A stretch of DNA of 64,000 bases, from NCBI RefSeq assembly GCF_036321535.1, contig NC_087436.1:86988001-87052000 (forward strand), read 5' to 3'. The stretch's first letter is position 1; each line of letters begins with the position of its first letter. The notes beneath the pieces are model-generated. The model worked only from the letters and a program-made list of their open reading frames with translations. It was not told where the DNA came from and did not search any database. This stretch comes from Camelus dromedarius (taxonomy: Eukaryota). The position numbers were made by a program, and so were the translations under genes. Shown piece after piece: positions 1 through 13,478 of this stretch.

Positions 1-865
1 TGCCTAACCTAAACCTTTAATGATTTTCTCCTGTATTCCTTTTAGAAGTTTCGTAGTTTTAGCTGTTACATTTAGATCCATGATCCATTTAGAGTTAGTT
101 TTCTTTTTTTTATTGAAGTATAGTCAGTTTACAATGTGTCAATTTATGGTGTACAGCAGAAAGTTTCAGTAATATATATACATACATAAATTCATTTTCA
201 TATTCTTTTTCATTATAGGTTACTACAAGATATTGAATATAGTTCCCAGCGCTTGTTGTTTGTCTATTTTATACATAGTAGTTAGTATCTGCAAACCTCG
301 AACTCCCAATTTATCCCTTCCCACCCTCTTCCCCCTGTCCCTGGTAATCATAAGTTTATTTTCTATGTCTGAGTCTGTTTCTGTTTTGTAAATAAGTTTG
401 TTTGTCTTTTTTTTTTTTAATTCTACATATAAGTGATATCATATGGTATTTTTCTTTCTCTTTCTAGCTTTCTTCACTTAGAATGACAGTCTCCAGATCC
501 ATACATGTTGCTGCAAGTGGCATTATTTTATTCTTTTTTATGGCTGAGTAGTAGTCCATTGTATAAATATACCATAGCTTCTTTATCCAGTTATCTATCG
601 ATGAACATTTAGGTTGTTTCCATGTCTTGGCTATTGTATATAGCGCTGCTAAGAACACTGGGGTGCATGTATCTTAGAGTTAGTTTTCATGTAAGATGGA
701 AAGTATTGGTTAAGTTTCCTGTTTTTATTTATGAATGTACAATAGTTGCAGCACCATTCACTGCAAAGTTTATCCTTTGTTCACTGAATTGCCTTTGCAC
801 ATTTATCAAAATTAGTTAATCATATGTGTATGGCTATACCTCTGGACAATTTATTCTCTTCCAGC
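1..865 (-). mobile_element. Old L1M-type LINE-1 ORF2 fragment, interrupted by a younger L1 at 104-673
   Basis: Bases 1-103 and 674-865 join into one antisense L1 ORF2-like text (ttttctcctgtattccttttagaagtttcgtagttttag...gatccatttagagttagttttc...gcaccattcactgcaaag...tttgcacatttatcaaaattagttaatcatatgtgtatgg). Confidence 0.75.
104..673 (-). mobile_element. 5'-truncated young LINE-1 (ORF2 C-terminus, 3'UTR, poly-A)
   Basis: ORF 464..658(-) MFLAALYTIAKTWKQPKC...WIKKLWYIYTMDYYSAIKKN is the L1 ORF2 C-terminal motif. Poly-T at about 104-111. Identical 15-bp TSD ttagagttagttttc at 89-103 and 674-688. Confidence 0.95.
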
Positions 866-3284
866 ATTATGAATGTTAAATGTCTACCATATTGCTGCTG
901 AATTTATCCCAAGAAATGAAGCTACCAAGTCCCATTTAGACCATGCACTTGTTTATAGCTTAATGAAGTCAAAGTGAATGCATTTTGCAGTTACTCAGGT
1001 CATAAATGTAGTTAAACTCAGGTCATAAAACCTTGCATTGTTTAAGGCGGAATTGGGCGGGGAGAAGAACAAAGTTAATGAAAAACAGCACGCACCCTTT
1101 GGTTTAAGTATTTTTGGTTGAATTTTTTGAAAGATGTATATTGGTGTTAACCTTTTCCAGATTCTTCCTAATAGAGAAAGTGTGAAATTACAGAATGATT
1201 CCCCCTTACACTCAAACACACATGCATGTATGCACACACACCACACATCAGAAGAAAATTTTTATAGCTCAAAAACATTTGATATTTGTTTAAGTCCCCA
1301 ATAATATAATATTTTTATTATTAAAAGCTTGACTTTCTTCTTGTATTGGAATAGAGTATTAGAAACTGCCATTTGGTGGAGGTGGGGTGTTCCAAAGCAT
1401 GGTGTAAAATATGTATAATGTGCATTTATCAAAGAAATGGGTCAGAAAATAACCCCGCTCCTTCCTGTCTCTCATCTTCAGTTTGCTAACTTACAGTACA
1501 TTGGCTTACCTAACCTTCAAAAGCCCTGAGGACCTTTCATCAAGTAAGTGATCAACTTTGTGGTAGAAGAATTCAGAAAAAAAAAAATTACTTTAGCAAA
1601 CTTGAAAAGAGCCAGGCAGGTGCTTCTTTATATTAACCCATAAAATGCTTGACCAGGAGAAATTTAGATGCATGGGGAAGATCTTTCTTCCTTCTACTTC
1701 TTTCTTCCTTCCTCTTCCCTCCCTTCTTTCTTCTCTTCCATCCATATTGAATAATAAAACATTGAGCCATGTTCTAAAGCAATATGACACAGTCCCTTAT
1801 GGATAATTTTGTTGGGCAGGGAATGCATATCTGCAGAACATGTAAGTAATTCTACAGTGTCATTCACAAAGAATTCTGCAAAACCAACATTTACCAAGAT
1901 GCACTGATATTTTTTTTCCAAGAAGATAAAATTCTGGTAGTCTTTTGTCTACTTTGTCCAAAAAAAAAAAAGAAAAGAAAAGAAAGAGAGAAGTCAATGT
2001 GTAAAATTCTAAGCCTTTTCTCTTATATAATTTTCTTGAAACTTTAATACTTGTTACCACTAGTGTATCCTAGAAAGACAAAATAGTGGAATCTGAACTA
2101 GCAAAAAATTTTACTTATTTCTCATTAAATGAATGCCTGTGAATCATTTATAGTGTTCTACAAATCACCCACAGATTTCCAGGTGAAGAATTTTAAGAAC
2201 TGCCAAAGTGACGAATGCAGTGAGTCCATGAAATTATAGCTATTAGGGACTGAGAGGGGGCCTCCCTAATGACCTTACCTCAGTGCATCAGGAAACCAGC
2301 ACTTGGTGGGGGCGGCTGTTTTACTGAGATCTCAGTCCCAGATACCTCACGCTCAGCAAGTTCATTTCTGTGAAAAGCTGCGTCGAGAGTACCTCAGACA
2401 GTCTTGAAGGAGAATGTAGGCCTGAGGGACTGGCAGGCCTCACGAGGGAGGCAGGCGAACTGGGCCTGGATGAAGGGGAGGGACCCGGGGCGGCTGAGGG
2501 CGTGTGTCTGCAGAGCTCTTGAGCTTGGAGCACTCCCGGAAGCCAGTCCAGGGTTCTGGGTGAGGCTGGCCAAGTAGAGACCAATCCTCCCCCTGCTGCT
2601 ATAGTCAGTAGAAACTTAACAGGATCTGTTGTGTTGGTGAATATTAATTCTGTCAGGTCATCTGGGTGACAGTTAATACATGGCTTTTTCATAAGAGTAA
2701 AGCATGCGTGTTCCATTTAGTTGGAGAAGTTTTAACTTTAAATTTTTACTAGTAGGGAAAATCTGGAAGAGTTTAGTAACCATTTTTAACTTTGGAATTT
2801 GTCATTCTCCATTCCTTGCTTTTTCCTCTTTTTTTTTTTAATTTTGTTTTTAAATGGTTTAAGTTTGTAAGTTGGCATTTCATTAAGTTCCGTCTAGTGC
2901 CCTGGACCACACCTTCCCCCAGTGACCTTGAAGAAGCAGTTGCTACTACTCTAGTTGCATGGAAGGTTTGGAGTGGGTCAGACATCAAGAAGGATCTGGC
3001 TTCCAGAGTGCTTGCCTAAAAATTATCGAGGTTAGAAAATAGCAATACAGTGATAGGCCAGAGTGCATTTATAAGGTTCTCATTGTAACTTTGTCCTGGT
3101 ATCCACAACTGGCAAGAGATTAACTCAGCCCTTGAGATGCCCATCTCCAAGCATGGACCCTAATATCCTTATTTCCCCTTTAGAGTCTCACTGCAAAACT
3201 CGTCTTGTGGTTTGGCTGTAGTGCCATAGAAATACTAGACAGGGAACTGAGAGACAACATTTTTAGCTCCTGTTAAGTCATCTG

Positions 3285-3380
3285 CTTTATCCAACAATTA
3301 TCTATTGAATGTCTGCTGTGTACTAGGCATTGTGCTAGACAGGAAACTCAATGTTAGTTCCTACCCTGTGGGGCTTCAGT
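3285..3380 (-). mobile_element. L2 3'-end fragment
   Basis: ccaacaattatctattgaatgtctgctgtgtactaggcattgtgctag resembles the antisense L2 terminus. Confidence 0.55.
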
Positions 3381-4611
3381 TATGCCTCTAATTAGCACTG
3401 GACTCTGGGCAAGTTTTCCTTTTCTATAAATGAAGGACTTGGACTGGATGCTCTTGAAAGGTCCTTTCCAGCTAGAATGTTCGACTCCTGAAAGTAGAGA
3501 GTCCCCAGTATCTCTGAGGGGAACAGAGGGTTAACTTAAAAAGTATGGAAAAAAAAACTAGTGTAACAACAACTTAACACATGAATTTGGGGCTTTTTGT
3601 TTTGGTGGTAATAGCTTGCTTTTCTGGAAAATTTTATGGAATTTTCCTAAGAAGAGGAAAGAAGAAAATGAAAACTTTAGTCGTTTATATCACCCTTATT
3701 AACTCAAGTAGGTTTTAAGAACATTGTCTAAGTAAAAAGATTTCTTGAAACAGTTACTATATGACAGTGTCCTTGTGCAAGTCAACTTAGTTCTACTCAG
3801 ATATTTAACAAAAGTTAGGTTTTGACAAACGTTTATTTAAAAAGTAAATCCGTGAACTCAATAATATGACTCCAGTGAACAGATTTTGCATCTCTGGTGG
3901 GCATAGCAGCAGGGCACGTGGCCGTCAGAGGTAAGAGGACTTGGTCTCATCTTTAAGGAGTTCACACTGTGGTTGTGTCTCTTGCATGAACTATCAGCTT
4001 TTTTAAAATTCTTTTTTTGATACTCAAGTCTTTAGCATTTACAATGGAAATATGCCCTCGGAGAACTGGGAAGAGGGTGGGAGGTGTGACACCACAGTAG
4101 AACATGCTGAGAAGGCTTTAGAAGTGAAAGCTTGTGCTTTGACTAAAATGTTGGAGATCAGAAAGGCGCTGTCTTCCTCCCGTAAGGGTGGTCTCTAAAT
4201 TGTACTTACTAGGCATTCTTTATTAGCAGCACAGAGAATATTTGGTTTTCTTTGATGTATTTCTTGGTTTGGAAGTATCAGTGCTGTTTGGCATCAATTA
4301 AACTAAAAAAAAAAATGTTTTTGTGGATTGACAGAAATGTTTGCTTTAGTGTTGATTTTCTAATTTTGTTGTAAAATAGATATCCCCATCTGTGCTTCAC
4401 CCAGGCCAACTTGGAAATAAAGATATTTTTAAGTGTGTAATTGTGATTTGAGAATTTGAAAAACTTAGTGCAGTATTTATGAGCAAGTGTAGATTTCTAT
4501 TTAAGAGGGGGCCACCCAGAAGGGCTAAGTCACCTTCCTGTCTGTTCCACACCCCCTTCTCCTTTTCATTCCATTCCTTTCATTCCTAACTATAAGGATA
4601 GAAGCTTTCAA

Positions 4612-4773
4612 GGGGGAGGTTATAGCTCAAATGGTAGAGTGCACGTTTAGCATGTATGAGATCCTGGGTTCAAACCCCAGTACCTCCCCCCAAAATAAGT
4701 AAGTAAGTAAATAAACAAGTAAATAAACCTAATTACCTCCCTCCCCGACTCCAAAGAAACAAAAACTAAAAAA
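4612..4773 (+). mobile_element. tRNA-derived SINE (Vic-1-like)
   Basis: A box (tagctcaaatggtaga), B box (gggttcaaacccc), tail aaataaacctaattacctcc plus A-rich end. TSD atagaagctttc at 4598-4609 and 4774-4785. Confidence 0.92.
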
Positions 4774-7094
4774 ATAGAAGCTTTCCACAGAGCACACAGC
4801 AGGGCTGTGGAGAAGCTCACAGGTTGACTCAATCATAACCCTGTTCCGCCATGACTAGATAAAGTACAGTATAACCAGCGAGCCAGATGTACCGTGTACT
4901 CACAGTCTAAGCTGATCTTCTTAGGGCATAGGGCGGGGGACTCAATTTTAGAAGCCGTATTAATGCCTCCAGGTTACTGAGGACTGCATTCTTCAAACTG
5001 CTTGCTCCTGGGATCATGTGGGCCAATGTGTGATTACTGAAGTGGTGACAGGCCAAGAGCAAAGGGACACTGGAACCCCTCTGCAGTAACATTATTCCAT
5101 GCGTCAGCTAAGAATCTTACTTGGGCTAGCTGGAGGCAAAGGAAATGGCTGTAGGCATTAAAAATCACCTTTAAATAAAAATATTATCAGTGATTGGAGC
5201 AGGAGGGGATGGAATATTTTATTTTTATTTTGTTTTATCTTTGTTTTTAAAAATTTTGGGTAGCCAATCTTTGAAACAGGCCAAACCAAGAGTTTATAAA
5301 GAACTGATAGTATCTTAGCCTGCCATTTATTAATGCCACCATTTATTCATCAAACACTTATTAATTGGCTACTTTATGTCACTTCTCCTCAATCTCCCTC
5401 CCATCTTTTCCATCTCTTTCTTCAATATATTCCTCCAAGTCAATCGTGCCATTTTAAAATAGGGCTTGAAATCCTGTTCTTTCATTATCTGGAACTTGTT
5501 GAGAAAAAACCTTTGGTTCAATGTTTGTTAGCCTGTCTGAGTTGAATAAGAAAAGAATTGAGCCAGCCATCACCTCTTTAGAGGATTTTTCTGGAGCCAG
5601 TATTTAGCCCAGAATCCTTCAGATTGGTGAAGTAAGTGAATCTTCAAGTCTTCAGGTTTCCTTGTGATGACTAGGACATGCCATTAGAGTTTTAGGAACA
5701 CAGCCACGAATATTTAATGAAAGCAAACATCTTGAAAACAGCAGATTTCTGTTGGCTGGTTGTTTCCAGATGCCCAAGAACAGAGCTGCTGCTGACTCTG
5801 GAGTTTACATTCCAAGTCAGACCAGATTCATTTGAATGACAGTGTCTCTCAAACTCTGACTTGTCACCTGCAGGGCTTCCCCTCAACTACCCACAATCTC
5901 CCACCCAAACAGAGAGGTGTTCTCAATACTGGGGCTGAAGTGTCCCCTTAAACGATTAACTTCACGTGGTAAGACTCTGCCCCAGCCAGTGGTGTCAGAG
6001 CTCACACACAACAGGTTTCACACCCATCTTCAGGTTTGACTCAGGAAACATCCAGACTGCATTTAGAGTGGCTTTTATTAGCATGATGCCAAAAGATATC
6101 CTAAGTGGTTTCCTGAGAACAGTACTACAAAAGCAGTGATACTGCCAGAGTAAAAAGAGAATAAAAGTAGAATATAAAATGAAGCTAAAGGTAAGATAAA
6201 GAAAATCACTGATGTAGTTATAAAACATAAAATAAAAGCCATAGGGTCCTGTGAGGTTGGTCTAAATTTGGCACAGAGCTTCTTAGCAGCCAAAGAAAAG
6301 AGTGAACCAAGATTAGTTAGAATTTGGGAGACGGAACTGATGCCACAGCATTCTGCACACGTAGACTCTACCTTCTAAGTGTAGGCTAAGTCTCCTGGAT
6401 TCCTGGAACGTCGTGAAGCCACACCTGTATTTTTAGGGCCAGGTTCACATGGGTCTGTGATTCCTTTTCCCAGAGTACACCTTGGGGAGCTGGTGTCCCA
6501 GTTTTCCCAAGTGCGCTGTTAAAGTCACGAATTCATTGGAGACACAGATGCAAATTCCAATTCCTCATCTCAGCAATACTCATCTTTGGGGTGGTGGGAG
6601 GGGGAGTGGCAAAATCAAATGAGAAGGAAGGCATGAGAAGTAGGGAAGTGAACTAAAAGTCTAAAATTAGATGTAGCATCACAAGAAAGGATTTTTCCTC
6701 CCTGGGGTCTAGTTCTGCATTCAAACCCGCACACCCATGAGTCTAAATATTTATTGGGCCCTCTATGCACAAAGATCTCAAGAAGACACAACTACCCATG
6801 TGTACCATAAATTAAGTCTATTACTTATGATGTACTAACGAGGCTTAATGTGCCTTTCTTTAGCCTTTTGGGTAGTTTTCAAAAAGCCTATGGAAGCACC
6901 ACTTAATCTATAGATTGACCCAGCCCCATTCCTTCATCTATACAGTAAATAATTCTCACACTCCTACTTTGTGCCAGGCACAAAGCAGTCAATAAAAATG
7001 TCAAAATCTCTATCCACAAAGAGCTTATAATTATTGTTTTGCTGTTGTTACTTAACATTTAGAAGAAAAACTCAACTCCTCTTGTGTTTGTTTG

Positions 7095-7280
7095 TAGCTG
7101 ACCAGTCTCTGAAGTATTATCTCATGTCTATTTTGATCTCTAAATTACCCTGTGAGGTAGTTTGGCAGGAATTAATCCCCTCTTTAGAGAACAGGAAAAA
7201 GTGTAAACTTGCCAAGGTCACACAGAGCTGGGATTCAAAACCAGGTCTCTTAACTCCAAGGCCTTAACCTTTCTCTGTTA
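7095..7280 (-). mobile_element. MIR SINE
   Basis: Antisense MIR core: ccctgtgaggtag...aacttgccaaggtcacacagagctgggattcaaaaccaggtct. Confidence 0.75.
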
Positions 7281-8149
7281 TACCGTTTTCCCAATTAGGT
7301 ACTTTTACTTTATTTCCGACCTCCAGTTTGCTAGATGGACAAAGATAAGCAGTTCTTTGTGACGCTATGGATGCAGACATACAGATTTCTCAGAAAACCA
7401 AACAAATAGCAAGGAATCAGAACACAAGTTATTTTAGACCTGCTGCATGATTTAAAGCCAGCCTCTAGTGGCCTCAGAGGCTCTGGCCATATTGGCTCCG
7501 GCATATTTCCAGGGCTACCTTGTGGATAGAGAAGACAGAGAGATACTGTGTTATTATTCCTTGTTATTATCAATTTAAAAAATCCAGGCCCCGTGAAAGA
7601 GAAAAGAACACCCTTTAATGTGTGTTCCTTTTCATCTGCCCCTCTGAATAGTGCACTTGCGTTCGCTATCCTGTTGTAGTCCGACCTACTCTCCCAATCC
7701 ACCAGAGACAATATTTTTCCCACTCCCAAAGCTTCAAGAACAAGAAACTACAGTGGGAGAAGAGTTTCCGACAACACCACAAATCACTTGACAGCATCCC
7801 CAGTGGCCTTAGCCATCATGCTCTAGGATACGTGGACCTGTGGCCCCTCCTCATTTTTCACACAGGGATGCTGGCATCCAGTCGTTGGAGAGGAATTGAC
7901 CCAGTAATGTTTTCCATCTGCTGGCTTGGCACCAGTCATCATAGAGTGTCACCTGGGTTCTGTCTCCTGGTCTCTAGGGCCAGGCTGGAGGCACTACACA
8001 AGAACAATTACCTTATTCATCTGTCAGCACTGTTTACTTTATGTGAACAAAACAAGATTTTGCTGAAGTATATAAAAGAAATTTACTGGAAAAGAAAAGT
8101 TGAGGCATCATCTCTCTTCCTTTCCTCTCCCCCACATCTTTGAATTCTG

Positions 8150-8335
8150 ACAGATTGCAAATGTCACCTTCTCCAAGGAGCTCTTCCCCAAACCCTCACC
8201 CTCCACGTGCCCCTGGAGAACTTACTCTATACAGGCATTGTGTCGCCAATATTTATTTGTATTTCTCTCTCTCCTGCTAGACTGTAAACTCTTCAAAGGA
8301 CAGCAGGCACTGTATCTTTTCAAGTTCATACCATT
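8150..8335 (+). mobile_element. L2 fragment
   Basis: caaatgtcaccttctccaaggagctcttccc...ctagactgtaaactcttcaaaggacag matches the L2 3' region. Confidence 0.6.
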
Positions 8336-8989
8336 GAGTGTGTTTCTGTTCAGGAAATGAGTTGCAAGTTTAGAAAAAAGAAATAGTTAATTCCTGTTAG
8401 TTTTAAACTAAATCTACAGAAATAAAATATGTTGAAATTTGCCATTCTAAAAAATGAATTAGCCTTTATCCTTGAATAAAAAGTTAGCAATAGGAAGTTC
8501 AGGGTTGGGGTTTTAGGATATCCGTTTAAAAATAGCTGAAATTTTTATTGTTGAAAGTCAACAGTTTATTTGAAACTTCTCAATATCATTTAAAATTGAC
8601 CTCAGACATTTGACAGCACTGTTACTAATTAAGTGGCCCAATAAGTTCATGCTTGTGGTTCTAAAATGGATTTCTGCTTTAATGGACATTCTCACATTAT
8701 TAGTATTTCATCATAAGTGATGTATATGCTAGTCATAGTAGAAACTGTTTCTTAAAGAATATAAGACTTTTTTTTTAATGTATGACATTGATGCTGGCTC
8801 AGACAGTTCAGGGAGAGATGATGAGGTGGCTACAGGAGCCATTCTGGAAGGAGAAATGTCTGGGACAAAACTTTAACTCAGAAAATAGCCACACCATCTA
8901 CCCTGGCATTAAGACCCTCCACACAACTTTTCATCAAGGGGTGGAGACAGAGATTCACAACGAGCTCCCACCTGAGCAGTAACCTCAAC

Positions 8990-9165
8990 ACCCAGGCTCC
9001 ATTTTCTTCTGTGCATGGTACTGTGACCCCATCGGGGAGGCCTTTAGGGCCAGGCGTGGTGGTGGTCACACCGTCACTTGTCCCCACCATCAGGGGCTAG
9101 GAAACACGGGCGAGGTGTGTGCCCAGGAAGAAGAGGAAAGCACGAGGGGATCAGCTATCTAGTCC
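8990..9165 (-). mobile_element. MLT1-type (ERVL-MaLR) LTR fragment
   Basis: gtgtgtgcccaggaagaagaggaaag...cagcta resembles an antisense MLT1 terminus. Heavily diverged. Confidence 0.4.
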
Positions 9166-10254
9166 CTGAGATCTGAATTCATCTCTTAGGAAATCTGGTT
9201 CCAGGCATGGAGTAGTGTGAGTGGACTGGAAGATACAAGCACCAGAGCTATTTGGATGGGAATTATTGGAATTTAGTGACAGACTGGACAGGGAAGTAGA
9301 AAACTGGGAATCGTGTTAACTGTTTCCTAACCTCCCTGGGTCAGTCCTTTTTAGGGTCTCAAAATTATCTCTAAAGAGCAACTGGACAAGGCTCTGAAAA
9401 CCTCGTCCTTTGCAAAGTTGTTCTGAAACAGTGACCTGTTAACTCACAAGCTGTGTATAAATGGGCTTTTCAGGTCCATTCTAGACCAGATGAATTTTCA
9501 GAGGTACCACGGTCTGATTTGAAAGAGAATATCACCTAATTAATATGAATTAACATTAGCAAAGACATTAAAGGCCTGTACAGTGAAGAAAAGCCATGAA
9601 ACGCCAACCTGCTAATTTATTGTGTGGGCACCGGAAGAACTAGTCTCTATTCAAAAACAGTTGTCAAGGAAGAGAATCAAGCAAGATGAGCCGGTTGCTA
9701 ATAGTTCTGGCGTGGGAGGAAAAACTCCACTGCAGTTCTTGGCTCGGAGCTGGGGTCAGAGAGGTCAGTAGCCCAGTGTCGACCTTTGTGTTTGGAATCT
9801 CTCACGTTGACTCACCAGACTCTTGTGATTTGGCGAGTCAGGGGCAGAGATGTAGATGGCGGTTTCTGCGCCTGAACCTTAAACTCCTGAGATGCTTGTC
9901 CTTTATGATAATAATGAGCATTGCTTGGGATCCAATGCAGAGTGGCCACCTAAGACCTACCGCATTAATCTAAATTAAATCCGTGAGTGACCCCCAGAGG
10001 ACCAGCTGGGAAGCTGGGGTGGGCAGCTGAATAGCACAGCTCTGTGTATCGTCTGTTTGGACGTCTGTTTGGAGGTGACTTTTTTACACCAGTGGTAAGT
10101 CTCACAGAATGAGAGAATTTCAGCAACACTAATAGGATCACATGCTTATCTAGTGTCAAGGTTCTCCAATCCCTTGCAGTCCAAGTGAGTTTTTACCCCT
10201 TATTTCTTCTCCTGATGATGAAGTAATAAATGTCATTTTATAATCGGCCAATGG

Positions 10255-10780
10255 CATTTTTCAAAATTAAATAATATGTGTTTATGGTAGGAAGCTCTGA
10301 AGCTAAACATTTTAAATCAACTTTAATTCCATCACCCAGAAATAAGCACTGTAAATATTTTGGTAAGTCTTTTTTCAATTCATAGGCATGTGTTTATATA
10401 AATATACATATACCTAAGTAGAAATTAACTTTGATATCAGAAATACTTACCAAGTTATTTTTAAAATTTTACTTTTAATAATTGTATTATATTCTAAGAT
10501 CTACTATTATTTATTTTAAGCATTTTCCTATTTTTGGACATTTTTGTTGTTTCTAGATTTCGAACAACCTTGTGCATAAATCTTTGTCCTTATCTTTGAC
10601 TACTTCCTTAGGATAAAGTCATAGAGATAGAATCACTGGGTCAAAGGCTGTAATCCTTTTTAAAACTCCTAGTGAAAAGAAGTCACATTGTACCCCAAGA
10701 AATGTGCTGCCGTTTATTCCTGTCATGTGGGTCTGCGAGAGCCTGACTGACCAAAAATCATTTCAGCATCGAGTAGTTTT
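10255..10780 (-). mobile_element. Ancient L1ME-type fragment
   Basis: ccatcacccagaaataagcactgtaaatattttgg...ggacatttttgttgtttctag...ttccttaggataaagtcatagagatagaatcactgggtcaaagg. Confidence 0.7.
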
Positions 10781-11574
10781 CTTTACTCATCAAGTAGGAA
10801 TTGGAACATTCATCTGGGCTGTCACTTCTGTAGCTTTAGAGGCTGCTCTGCTTAATAACTGGCCATCTCTAGTACATACTGTGTGAAAGACTGTTAACCA
10901 CAAACCTCATCACAGCTGCCCTTAGTCTTAAGACTAGTAAGATGGACAATCTAAGACGTGTCCAGCATGAGGGCATGTATTAGATAGTTCTTAATGAGCA
11001 GAGTCAGGCTGGGATGAGTTTTGTTATATTTATATGTCCTAAGCATCCCTTGGGAGGGTTGTGTTTGGTCTTCAGAGTCGATACACTGGGTATCTTCCCC
11101 AGAAATGTCTGTCAAGCAATAAAGGAAACTCCAAGCGTGAAAACTGCACATCATGAGCCCAGTGGAGTTTTCCTGCTGACAGAGAACTGATTGACTGAAT
11201 ATAAATCACTCTGACTTGAGTGATTCTGTCCACTCAGGATGAATTGGGGAGAAATCACCAGAAGGAAATTGGCCTCTGAAGTGTGAGGACATTGGATTAT
11301 TGCCGTCAGGAGCAATGCTTGTCAGAAGCATTGCAATTTTGCCTAATTTCGGATCTCATGTTATTTGGAGCAACATTAGAGTGCTGTAAGATTCAGATCT
11401 ACCTTTCTCTGGGTGTATGTGTTCTACATATTTCCTTTTCCATTTTAGTCATCTAGGGGCAATTTATTTATAATTATTTTAGTTGATAATGCTTGGTTCA
11501 TTCTGTAACAGTATCGAAATTCCACCAACTTTTTCTTAAATGCTTAACAGGGTCACAGAAATCAATTAAACCTT

Positions 11575-12100
11575 TCATAACTGTGAGTGCCCCTGGGATT
11601 AGAACCGTGAGTAAACCCAGTGACTCTCTACCATCATAGAGCTTATATTCTGGCGTGGGAAGACAATGCATACATAGTTTGCCACGTGCCGGTACTAGCT
11701 TTGGAGAAAAATAGAGCAGGGGCGTGAAGCAGGGAGGGGACGGGGGGATGCATGGGTTCTGTTTTGTATGGATGGTCGGGAGAGGCCTCCCTAGAAAGGA
11801 GATGTTTGAACAGGCCTGAAGAGAGCAAGGCAGTGAGCCTTTTCGATGTTGAGGGGAATGAGGGGCCAGGTAGAGGGAAGGGCCAATGCAGAGGCCCCGA
11901 AGCAGTGGCTGGCTTGGTCTCCTCCAGGAACAGCACCAGGAGGGTGGAAGGGACCAGTGGGGGCAGGAGGAGAGGTGGCAGAGCGCAGAGTGGGTAGGAC
12001 CTGGATGGCCTTCGTAGAGACTTTGGCTTTAGCTCGGTGTCAGGAGGGGTCACAGAGGGTTTTGAGCAGAAAAGTGACACGATTTGACTTCAGTTTTTGT
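11575..12100 (-). mobile_element. L2 (L2a-like) fragment
   Basis: gagcttatattctggcgtgggaagaca...aggcctccctagaaaggagatgtttgaacaggcctgaag...agggttttgagcagaaaagtgacacgatttgact is the purine-rich antisense L2 strand. Confidence 0.85.
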
Positions 12101-13389
12101 TGGCAGCAGAGGGAGTGTAGCCACCGAAACAGGAGGAAAGTCAGAGTCCCATGGGCACAGGTGCAGAGCTTGGAAGATGGGAGGCGGGAGCTCATGGAAG
12201 GCTGATTTGATGCCCTCTGCTTCTTGGTGGAGGAGGGAGCCCGGCCGCCAGCCAGCAGTGAGGTTGGGGAAGGAGGCGTTGGAGGGCTGAGGAGAAGAGA
12301 GGGTTTGAAGTCATGGTCTGGGAGAGTGGGAGACTGAATGAAAAAATGTGGGAAGAGTAAGAATTGATAGTGGTCGTGGGTGCCATGGTTATCAGTAACG
12401 AGTAAAGGACCACTGGTATAAAACTGATTTTTGAAATCAATTTTTCTTTAGCCAGCTGCCTCTCCAGCCCTCAACCTGTAGCCCTTGGCTAATTTTCTTT
12501 GCCAATCTTTGTACATTACAGCTCTAAGAGTTTGGTTATAAGGTCTAAAGTCCTTTATATAAGGGCTGATATAGCAGAAAAAGGCTCAGAAATTATGTGG
12601 TCCAACGCTCCATTTTAGATAAAACCCACCAGTGAGCTAGAGTGACCTGGCGCAGAGCTCACAGGTTGTAGAGGTGACCTCAGACTCCGTCTCCTGATTC
12701 CCAACTACAATAAAGTACTCTTTATTTTTCCCACAAATTAATTTTAAAAGAACTTACTTATCTTACTCATGTTGGAGAGTTTTTAATCCCTATCCTGACA
12801 TAATCTCACTGGTTTAACTCCAGAAGATAAAAGAAGATTGGGGAAAATACTTTTTAACAATTTTATTGAGGTTATTGAGGTTTGTAAAACGCATACAGCA
12901 CTTTTTTTTTTTTTAATCTTTCATGTTAAATATAAATACAAAACAGCATTATTGTCAGCAGCAGAATTTGGACGAGTTACTTTACTCTTTCGTGTGTTTT
13001 TATTTCAGCATGTTTATTTAGCTAGTTTTTATTCACCTTTTCTCTCCTTGTTTTTTTAGATGTGATTGAAAACGTTTTCCACGTTTATTTCCAGTGGGTG
13101 AAGTGTGGCCCATGTGGTACATTGCATAACCATCCCTACCCCTGGATAATTGCCCTCCTTATTTTTAGGAAACAGAAAATAGCCTATTGTGTTATAATTA
13201 GTCAGTGGTGCCCACCCAAACATGAGTATTGTGCAAGAACTTTTGCTTTTTCTCTTTTTTAGGAAGGGAAGGGGGATGGAAGCAGGAGAAAGAATATGAT
13301 TTTGAACATTTTTTAATGTCCTGAAGTTCCATCTTAGGAAAGATTCATGTTTTTTCGGGTTCCCTAAAGACTTAAAAAAAAAATCCTTA

Positions 13390-13478
13390 GGAGGTGGGGG
13401 GTACAGCTCAGTGGTAGAGCGCATACTCGCAAGCATGAGGTCCTGGGTTCAATCCCCAGTGCCTCTGTTAAGGCGGGG
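13390..13478 (+). mobile_element. tRNA-derived SINE, short variant
   Basis: A box cagctcagtggtaga, B box gggttcaatcccc, 3' end gttaaggcgggg. Candidate TSD aaaaaatcctta (13378-13389) and aaaaaatccata (13479-13490). The 3' boundary is ambiguous because taaacctaat follows. Confidence 0.88.

Noticed and set aside
464..658. 64-aa ORF as a host gene
   Set aside because: It is the C-terminal remnant of L1 ORF2 inside a truncated element.
9616..9770. Open frame containing RKRIKQDEP (NLS/SUMO-like)
   Set aside because: No start codon, no clear splice sites and no protein I recognise. Likely chance.
11643..12290. Overlapping ORFs on both strands (also 47517-48065)
   Set aside because: They largely coincide with GC-rich L2 remnants that are poor in stop codons.
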